From contig JALUXX010000016.1 of NCBI GenBank assembly GCA_027013145.1, positions 22,983 through 86,982 of the forward strand: a stretch of 64,000 nt of DNA, given 5' to 3'. Within the stretch, counting starts at the first letter, position 1. Each line of letters begins with the position of its first letter. Shown here one piece after another: positions 49,383 through 57,042 of this stretch. The position numbers were made by a program, and so were the translations under genes. The notes beneath the pieces were generated by a model. That model had not been told where the DNA came from. It ran no database searches and saw only the letters and a program-made list of their open reading frames with translations. The DNA is from Gammaproteobacteria bacterium. GTDB lineage: Bacteria > Pseudomonadota > Gammaproteobacteria > 21-64-14.

Positions 49383-51212
49383 ATGAACGTCCATGCACAA
49401 CACCCGATCCGTGCGGCGGCGCTCGCCATGTTGTGGGTCGCACTGCTCATCCCACCGTCGCAGGCAGCGATGAACCGTGGCCGGCCGATCAACTGGGGCG
49501 GAGGGATCGGCCGGGACGCACGGGCGAATGGACCGCATTTCAGCCAATGGCGTCCGCTGTGGCGTTTCGTTTGGTCGGCAACGAGGCGCAACTACGATAT
49601 GCGCCCCGCGCCGAGTGTGGCCGGTTCGCCGAACTGCCCGGCGGATCTCGGCATCGGTCCGATCGTCGAGCGTATCATCGGCACGACCTATAGCCACCGC
49701 TACGGGGATGCGGTCCATGCGCTGGGTCAGTTTCAGAGGCGTCTGCTTTGCCTCGACCCCGACGGGGCGCACGGAGTGGACTTCGCGCTCTCCGCGTTCA
49801 ACGCCCTGGCCGTGCGCGACCTGCATGGGCGCGAGCGGGATGAGGCGGTGATCGGTTCGTTCAATGCGGGCCTGCTCGCCTTCGATACGGTTCAATACAG
49901 CGGACGCAGTTGGTGGCTGCCCGTCATGTACCACGACTACAACACCGAGCGGTCGCTGATCCGCCGCTTCCCGGGTACCGCCCTGGGGCTGTGGCTGTAC
50001 GACGTTCGGGACGGGCGGCTCCACCAGCTCACGTTCGGCCGCGCAAACCCGGCGGTCTACCGGGGCCTGATGCGCGCATTCGCCCATCCGGGCGTATTCG
50101 GGCAGGGCGACTGCAGCCTGCTCGGCATGGCGGGCACGGGATTCGTCTGCGGCGGGGGCGGCGGTGATAACCGCTGGATGGGCGGCGGTGGCGGCGGTGC
50201 CGGTGGCGGCGGCGGGAGCGGCATGGGCGGCGGCTCGGGCGCTGGCCTGAGCTGCATGGTGTCGGCCGCGATGAACACCGGCAGTCTCGGCACACTTTCG
50301 TGCATGGTGCGCGCCGGTGGTCTGGGCGGGACGCGTATACCCGTGACCGCCACCTCCCACCTGCAGATTCAGGGCGTTTTCGACACACAATGCGCCCAAA
50401 ACGACGGGTCGGGTAAGGCGCCGAGACTGCCCGATTACGACAAGACGAAGGCCGGGAGCGAGCACGCGGATGCCAAGGAAAGCCACTGGTACGATGCCGT
50501 TCTCAATTTCATTCATGACTTGAATTTCGTCAACGGCGGCTCCGGAGGGGGTGGTTCCTCGTCCTCGTCGGGTAGCCAGAGCAAGCCGCCGCCGGAACCG
50601 CAGCCGGGTCAGGTTGGGTATGGGCAAATGAAGGCAGCCAGGGATGCATACTTCGACAGGCAGCGGGCCAAGCTCAACAAGCACGGATTGAAGAAATTCA
50701 AGAACAAGGGCGGCCATGCGGTGAATGGCGGGGTTGCCGGCGGGGGCAGCGGCTGCGGCGGCAATGGGACCAACGCCGCGGCGCGGGTGGCGGCCCTGTT
50801 TGCCTGTACGGGAACCGGCAGCGCCCGCGGCGGGATGAGCGCATCGGGGCCGCGCTTTCCGGGTGCCGGCGGCGGCGGGCCGCTCTCGATGCCCGGGCCG
50901 GCCGCTGGCGGGGTGGGCGCGCCGAGCGGGCTGCTCTCCTGTGCCATGCAGGGTGGAAGACTCGTGCGTGCCGGTGTCCATGACAGGCGCTGTCAGCAGA
51001 CCGATTGCGCGCCCGGCGCAAGCTGCTCCTGCAACGGCTCGGGCGGCCCTGGCCAGGCCGCGGCCATCGGAGCCGCCGGGCGTCGGGCGGTCAGCAGCCC
51101 CAACAACGCCAACTGGGGCGCGATCGATTTTGGGCGCAATCATTATGGCAACGGCGGCGGTTTTACCGGCCCGAAGATTCCGGGGCACGGCGGGGGGCCG
51201 AGCAAGCGGTAA
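49383..51212 (+). CDS. Glycine-rich, Cys-containing secreted protein (609 aa)
   Basis: AGGAGAGG RBS. Signal peptide. Long poly-Gly/Ser tracts (GGGGGDNRWMGGGGGGAGGGGGSGMGGGSGAG). 19 Cys residues. Confidence 0.55.
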   Translation: MNVHAQHPIRAAALAMLWVALLIPPSQAAMNRGRPINWGGGIGRDARANGPHFSQWRPLWRFVWSATRRNYDMRPAPSVAGSPNCPADLGIGPIVERIIGTTYSHRYGDAVHALGQFQRRLLCLDPDGAHGVDFALSAFNALAVRDLHGRERDEAVIGSFNAGLLAFDTVQYSGRSWWLPVMYHDYNTERSLIRRFPGTALGLWLYDVRDGRLHQLTFGRANPAVYRGLMRAFAHPGVFGQGDCSLLGMAGTGFVCGGGGGDNRWMGGGGGGAGGGGGSGMGGGSGAGLSCMVSAAMNTGSLGTLSCMVRAGGLGGTRIPVTATSHLQIQGVFDTQCAQNDGSGKAPRLPDYDKTKAGSEHADAKESHWYDAVLNFIHDLNFVNGGSGGGGSSSSSGSQSKPPPEPQPGQVGYGQMKAARDAYFDRQRAKLNKHGLKKFKNKGGHAVNGGVAGGGSGCGGNGTNAAARVAALFACTGTGSARGGMSASGPRFPGAGGGGPLSMPGPAAGGVGAPSGLLSCAMQGGRLVRAGVHDRRCQQTDCAPGASCSCNGSGGPGQAAAIGAAGRRAVSSPNNANWGAIDFGRNHYGNGGGFTGPKIPGHGGGPSKR

Positions 51213-51305
51213 GGATGGACAGGTGTCCCGGCGGCGATAGAACGACTGCCGGGGAGATCCCTCACAGTACCAACAAACGTCGATATTCATGAAGGAGCAT
51301 CCACA

Positions 51306-51779
51306 ATGAATCGAAAGACATTCGTCCTGGGCCTGGCCCTGACGGTCGTCACGACCCCAGCCCCGGCCGCCGGCATCCCGCTTCCGGGCCACCGGCCCAA
51401 GAACCTGTCTTCCGACGCGTTTCAATTTGTTCTGCAGCAGCTTCGGCGAATCAAGCAGTTCGATCTGAAAACGCTGGGCATTCCATTGGCAAAAAGCCTG
51501 CGTCTTGCGGGTGCTTTCGGAGATCCAGCGCATCCCTTTGGGCTGGATGCGGTGTCGCCGAAGGACATGGAGACCATGCTGGCCTGGTATCACGAACGGC
51601 TCCCGGATTGGAAGGTGTCGTTCCACTTCAAAGGTAAAACTGCCACCCTGACGTCGCCCCGGTCCGCGGGAACAAAAGTCACCATCCTGAATTGCTCAGG
51701 CGGTACCTATCAACTGTACCCATGCGGTTCCGTAGTGCGGTTCTACAACACGCCGCCCGTTCCTCCCGCAGCACCATGA
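51306..51779 (+). CDS. Small secreted protein, distant member of the WY-motif paralog family (157 aa)
   Basis: AAGGAG RBS. Signal peptide. METMLAWYHERLPDWKV resembles the shared motif. Confidence 0.45.
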   Translation: MNRKTFVLGLALTVVTTPAPAAGIPLPGHRPKNLSSDAFQFVLQQLRRIKQFDLKTLGIPLAKSLRLAGAFGDPAHPFGLDAVSPKDMETMLAWYHERLPDWKVSFHFKGKTATLTSPRSAGTKVTILNCSGGTYQLYPCGSVVRFYNTPPVPPAAP

Positions 51780-51835
51780 AGCACAAGCCGTGAGCCATGG
51801 CCATGAGAACCCGCAATACTCCAGGCGAATCAGGT

Positions 51836-52939
51836 ATGAATCCGATGTCGGGAAACACAAAGCGGTTGGGCGTGGCCATGCTGCGCTGGGTACTGGCCGG
51901 ACCGGCATTGGGATTGTCGGGCCAGGCACTCGCCGGTGCGGTGCCGATCTACCCGGGTGCCGCGCTCGATCCGGTGGCAAGTGCGCAGGAGAGCCACCTC
52001 CGCGAACACGCTGTGAAGGTTTATATTTCGCATGATTCGCTACAGCAGGTCCGGGCTTGGTATCAGCCCAGACTGGCGAAGCAGAGCATTGCAGGATGCA
52101 CATTCAAAGATCCGAAGGAAGGCTGCGGCGCATTCAAACAGACTTGCGAATCGATCGCCATGGCCGGGCGGTGGGTGCAGTGCACGGACGGGATCGTGCT
52201 GAAATGGAACTACATCCCACCCGGCGGCAGCATGGTGGACGCTTTCAATGCCGGCGTACACCTCGTCGGGTGGCGCATCCCGCCCAAGTCCAAGAAGCCC
52301 GCGGCTGCGCACGCCACGCCGCAGAAACCGCAGCGGCTGACGGGACGGGCCGCCGAGACCATGGCGCAGCTCGACGCCATGTCGGCGCAGCTGCAGGCGG
52401 CAACCAAGCAGGCGATGCAACAAGCGGATGCGGAAGGAAAAAGTCTTGGGCTGACGGACACCGTCCGATTCGCAGGCATTCCGGACATGCCGTTCAAGGG
52501 ACTCAAGGACGAAGTGCTCGCCGGTCGTCACCGCCAGCAGGAACTCGAGGCGCTTTACCGAAAGTATCGGTGGCTGACGGCGGCCTTCTATCCGATGAAA
52601 AGGACCGTCAACGGCGTCGAAGACTACGCGCACTGGCTGATCGCCAGGACCGAAGCCCGTATTCATAAGCCACAACAAGCAGCCATCGAGGCTGCGGGCC
52701 AACACGGCGAAGATCCGGCGCAAGCGCAAGCGCGGATGCAGCAATTGATTCGGCAGGGCCGGATGGATGAGGCACGCAAGCTGGGCGAACAAATGGCGGT
52801 CGCCATGCAGGGGGCGGAGCGAAGCGGTAACGTCGTGACGCAACTCCAGTCCAGAGATCACTGGCAGGAATGGGTGGCGGTGATCAAGAAGCTGGCCGCT
52901 CACGCCTACAAGACAAAAATCATTATCGACACGTTCTGA
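51836..52939 (+). CDS. Secreted protein with an N-terminal YPGA...WY family domain and a C-terminal coiled-coil-like region (~367 aa)
   Basis: Signal peptide. PIYPGAALDP ... VRAWYQPRLAKQ. C-terminal Gln/Ala-rich helical region. An alternative start at 51797 is possible. Confidence 0.5.
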   Translation: MNPMSGNTKRLGVAMLRWVLAGPALGLSGQALAGAVPIYPGAALDPVASAQESHLREHAVKVYISHDSLQQVRAWYQPRLAKQSIAGCTFKDPKEGCGAFKQTCESIAMAGRWVQCTDGIVLKWNYIPPGGSMVDAFNAGVHLVGWRIPPKSKKPAAAHATPQKPQRLTGRAAETMAQLDAMSAQLQAATKQAMQQADAEGKSLGLTDTVRFAGIPDMPFKGLKDEVLAGRHRQQELEALYRKYRWLTAAFYPMKRTVNGVEDYAHWLIARTEARIHKPQQAAIEAAGQHGEDPAQAQARMQQLIRQGRMDEARKLGEQMAVAMQGAERSGNVVTQLQSRDHWQEWVAVIKKLAAHAYKTKIIIDTF

Positions 52940-52962
52940 GGAAATGAATAGGAGGAACCAGG

Positions 52963-53412
52963 ATGAGAACCGTCCCGATGACCGTCGCCGCCCTCTGGCT
53001 GTTCGCCGTGGTCGTGCCGTCCGCCGCCAATGCCGCAGCACCCAGGCTCAAGCCCGGCCTGTGGGAGACTACCGCCACCAGCGTCATGGTCGGCACACCC
53101 TTCTCGCCGCCGCCGCAGACCGGCAAGACTTGCCTGACCGAGAAGCAGATCGCCCACCCCTGGGCCGCGCTCCAGGCCAACAAGAACCAGCACTGTAGGT
53201 TCACCCACGTGGAGGTCCACGCGCATTCGGCGAGCTGGCGCATGGAGTGCGACGGGCAGGGCGGGCACATGATCGGAACGGGCACCAGCAAGTACCCCGA
53301 TCCGACGCACATGCAGGGGATGACCCATATGACCGTGAACGCCGGCGGCGAGCAGATGAAGATCGACGTCACCACCGTCGGGCACTGGGTCCGCGCCTCC
53401 TGCCCGAAGTGA
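52963..53412 (+). CDS. Small secreted protein, DUF3617-like (149 aa)
   Basis: AGGAGG RBS. Signal peptide. KPGLWETTAT motif. Four Cys residues. Confidence 0.5.
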   Translation: MRTVPMTVAALWLFAVVVPSAANAAAPRLKPGLWETTATSVMVGTPFSPPPQTGKTCLTEKQIAHPWAALQANKNQHCRFTHVEVHAHSASWRMECDGQGGHMIGTGTSKYPDPTHMQGMTHMTVNAGGEQMKIDVTTVGHWVRASCPK

Positions 53413-53451
53413 CCCGAGGCAGCGTGTCACCAGGCCCACCGGAGCGAATCG

Positions 53452-56184
53452 ATGCCGCCCTCGCCCCGCCTGCACCGGTACTGCACCCTGCTCGTGGCGC
53501 TGTCGACGCTGCCGGCCCCGGCGGGGTCGGTGCAGGCCGATCCCGGCCCGAACTCTCCGTTCGCCGGCATGAGCCAGCGCCGGATGTGGTGCCAGGTACT
53601 CCAACAGGGCATCAGCAGTCCCGCGCGCCAGGCGCATGCGCGCGAGGAGTGTTTCGGCAAGCTGGCGCGCTTCGACAAGGTCGAGACCTGGCAGGGGCGC
53701 CTGACGCTCACCCGGCACTACATCTGCGCCGACCAAAGCGGGACCAAGACCGTGCGTGCGCGCTTTGCCCTCAAGCGCACGCCCTACCTCAGCAACGCCG
53801 AGGTCGCGGGCTCGATCAAGGCCCAGGTCCCTAAAGCGGCGAACGTCTTTCAACAGGCCATGGCGCGCATGCCCGGCGCGAAAGTCGTCATCCGGCGAGA
53901 CCCGACGACCGGCTACACGGAGGGCCCCAACGAGCTGAGCTGGTTCCTGACCGCCGGCACGCTGGACGCGTCCATCGGCACCCGCGGCAGCGACGGCGAC
54001 ACCGCGCACAGCGAAAACGGCAGCGGTTCGGCGGCCATCTCACGCCAGGCGCGCTTGATCTTCGACCTCGAGCAGGGCACCTGGAGCCTGGAGCTGCCGC
54101 CGCTGGACGAGAAGGGCTTTCCGGTCACCAGGGTCACGAGCTCGCCCGAGGGCAGCACGACCGAACACGACCGCGAATCGATGGACGACGTCAGCTCGCT
54201 CGACGGCTATACCGACGATCGGGGCCTGAACAAGTTGCCAGGCACCGGCCTGCAACTGGTCGGACATGTCACGACGCAGGAGGGCGACTGCGAGCGCGAC
54301 GAACTGAGCTGGCGCCTCGCGCCGGCGGCCGACTGCGCCTCGTACAAATACCTGACGCTCGGGATAGAAGACCCCGTTGCCGGCACCCGATGGATCTTCG
54401 ACAGCCATGACGCGCCCGCCGGGCTCGGTCCCGTCAGACTCGACGGGGGCGCTGAATACGCCCAGGACAAGGCGGTCGTGAACATAGACGACATGGTGCA
54501 ATGGACGCCGCCCCGAATCCCCGGTACCACGCTCCACGCAAAGCCCGTCGACCTCTTCGGCGCCTCGCTCACCCTTTCGTATAGCGGCATGCCGGCCACC
54601 AACAGCGACTTCGGCAAGGCCGTTGTGCGATTAGAGATTCCCGACCTGCCGAACTGCGTTGCACCGGAGAGCCGGACCGTGCGACTGTTCTTCGCACGTG
54701 ACGGGCACGGCAATCCCGAGGGCAAGCGCGAGCCGAACTGGTTCTACTACTGGATGCAGAGCAAGGCGGGGGCCGGTCATACCGAAAAAGATGTGGTCTT
54801 CGAGACGGGTTGCGACCCGACAAAACTCGGCTATTTCTACATGCACTATCCCTTCTCCGCGCGCGTGCATATCTGTTCGGCCGCAAAGGGTGTGACAGCC
54901 TCGAGGGACGTCTACGGAGAAGTGGCCTTTGGAATCGATCAGTTCGCTTTGACCATTCGCCACGAGTTCGTGCACAAGATGCTCTACGACGAGGGCCTGC
55001 GGGCCTTCGATGCGTCGTGGTACCACAAGTACGGATTCTCATATTTCAAGCGCGAGGATTATCTTGCCGCGAAGGCCAAGCTCGATCCCGATCGCGACTA
55101 CCTCACCTCCGCCGAAGAACGCAAATACGGCCTCTCTCCCTGGATAAAGGATACACACTGCACCGGCCAGGACGACAACGAATACCTCGCTTACAAGCTC
55201 TCGACCAAACACTGGAAGCTCGGTTCCGCGGATCGACAGGATTGGTCCTGCCCGGGGCGTCAGGGACGCGCCCCCGAGAACGGCCAACCCGACGGGGACT
55301 GCGCCCTGGTGCCTCCCTCGCCCGGCGGGGGCCACTGGCCCGGGTGCGCGGCGCCTCGTGTACGAACGGGATCGCGGAGGTCGAACCCGCGGGAAGCCTC
55401 ACCGGGTGATGAATTGCATTCGGTGCGCGGGGTGGGGATGGCGGACGCCGTGCCCGCGCCGAGCCCGCGTACCACGGACGTGCCAGGGGCGTCTTCCAAG
55501 GCCAATCACACCGGGAACGCCACCGCCCCGGCCGCGGGCGGTGCCGCGGGCATTGCGACGCGATTGAAGAGCCCCGATCCGATGACCCGCTTGCGGGCCT
55601 TGCGCGACTTGGTGACCGCCGGCGGTGGGCCGGCGCCCGGCACGTCAGCGAAACAGGTCCTGGGTGCGCTGGCCTCGGAAGTGAACGGTCCGCCCGCGCC
55701 TCAGCCCATCCGCAACGGCTACCTGCCGCAGGGGGCCTGGCGCCGTGTGCAATACGCACGGCTCAGTGCCCGCTTACCCGAGAAGGCGCTGAGCGTGCTC
55801 TATCGCAGGCATCTCGAGGCCGGCGGCCCGACGAAGAGCTGGCTCGCCATCACGCTGGGCGATGCCGGCGACGCGCGCCTTACGGGTGAGCTGATCGCGC
55901 TGGTGCATGAGGCGCCCGACTGGCCGACCCGCTGGGCCGCGGCCGAGGCTCTGGGTGCCATCGGTTCCCCGGTCGCGGTGCGTGCGCTGGAGGACGTGAT
56001 GCAACATGATGCCGCGACTACGACGATGCAGTCGGACGCAGCCGCTCCGGTCACGTTTTACCCCGTGCGTGAGCAGGCTGCGGGTGCGCTCTTGCGCCTG
56101 GGTATCGGGGTTCACCTCGTCGGACCGGATACCTACGTCGTCGACACGGCCGCGCCGGACCCGCAATCGTCGGTTGTACGTTGA
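53452..56184 (+). CDS. Large secreted protein (910 aa) with an HExxH zinc-metallopeptidase-like motif and C-terminal HEAT/PBS-lyase-type repeats
   Basis: Signal peptide (LLVALSTLPAPAGSVQA). HEFVH at IRHEFVHKMLYDEG. C-terminal HEAT-like repeats (LGDAGDARLTGELIALVHEAPDWPTRWAAAEALGAIGSPVAVRALEDVM). Confidence 0.6.
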   Translation: MPPSPRLHRYCTLLVALSTLPAPAGSVQADPGPNSPFAGMSQRRMWCQVLQQGISSPARQAHAREECFGKLARFDKVETWQGRLTLTRHYICADQSGTKTVRARFALKRTPYLSNAEVAGSIKAQVPKAANVFQQAMARMPGAKVVIRRDPTTGYTEGPNELSWFLTAGTLDASIGTRGSDGDTAHSENGSGSAAISRQARLIFDLEQGTWSLELPPLDEKGFPVTRVTSSPEGSTTEHDRESMDDVSSLDGYTDDRGLNKLPGTGLQLVGHVTTQEGDCERDELSWRLAPAADCASYKYLTLGIEDPVAGTRWIFDSHDAPAGLGPVRLDGGAEYAQDKAVVNIDDMVQWTPPRIPGTTLHAKPVDLFGASLTLSYSGMPATNSDFGKAVVRLEIPDLPNCVAPESRTVRLFFARDGHGNPEGKREPNWFYYWMQSKAGAGHTEKDVVFETGCDPTKLGYFYMHYPFSARVHICSAAKGVTASRDVYGEVAFGIDQFALTIRHEFVHKMLYDEGLRAFDASWYHKYGFSYFKREDYLAAKAKLDPDRDYLTSAEERKYGLSPWIKDTHCTGQDDNEYLAYKLSTKHWKLGSADRQDWSCPGRQGRAPENGQPDGDCALVPPSPGGGHWPGCAAPRVRTGSRRSNPREASPGDELHSVRGVGMADAVPAPSPRTTDVPGASSKANHTGNATAPAAGGAAGIATRLKSPDPMTRLRALRDLVTAGGGPAPGTSAKQVLGALASEVNGPPAPQPIRNGYLPQGAWRRVQYARLSARLPEKALSVLYRRHLEAGGPTKSWLAITLGDAGDARLTGELIALVHEAPDWPTRWAAAEALGAIGSPVAVRALEDVMQHDAATTTMQSDAAAPVTFYPVREQAAGALLRLGIGVHLVGPDTYVVDTAAPDPQSSVVR

Positions 56185-57042
56185 CGATGCGGCCTGGTCC
56201 GATGCATCCGCCCGCCGCTCAGCGGGCCCGCCGTCGGGGGCGGTTGGGATGGCGGGCGGGCCACGCGTTTGTACCGGACGCGCGGCGACTTCGGGAAGGA
56301 GACCTTATCGGAGCGGGCGTCGCGTAAGGGCATGGGGCGCTGCGCTCGGCTGAGAAGGGCGAAATACATCAGAACGCCATTCAAACGAACGTAACGCAAT
56401 ATTGAACCCCGCTCTTGCGATGCTGTGACGGATGGCCCGGTTTGAGCCCGCCGGTGCATTCACCGTCCGCGGCACGATGGCGCAATTGATGTCGTAGTCG
56501 ACCGCACCCGTATGTCACGTCGTCGTCGCGTCCGTCGCCGCGGCCCGGTCATTGCGGTACGCCGATCGAGGCGCGGCAACGGGTCGTCGCGGCTGGCGGT
56601 GCCGTCCCGCCACCGACTGAGAGATTGCAGGCCACGTAGCGCCCGCGGCGGCGCGCATGCATTTCAAAACCGAAATTGTTACGGATCCGCATGCAGGCCG
56701 AATCGGATGCGAACCGCTCGGGCCTGCATACCCCATTGTAATACCGCTATGTTTTCTCAGCGCCCGCGTTTGGCATGGAGATTGCCGTATCCGGCGCAAG
56801 GCGAGGGGCGTCGTGTCCCGAGAAGGACGCGGAACATCGAGCTTGAGGTTGGACTTGCCGCCCGCACGGCCAGCTCGCGCGGGTCTCCGGAAGGATGCCG
56901 GAGGCGTCCACCGGAGAGGTCCGCGTGTATCGCCCCGGAGGCCGGCCGCGGCCCGGAGTCACGGTGCTGAACGGGTCACAAAATCGACCACGTCGCCATC
57001 ACGGATTTTGCATTGTATGTCTTTTCTCGGGAGAAATGACCA

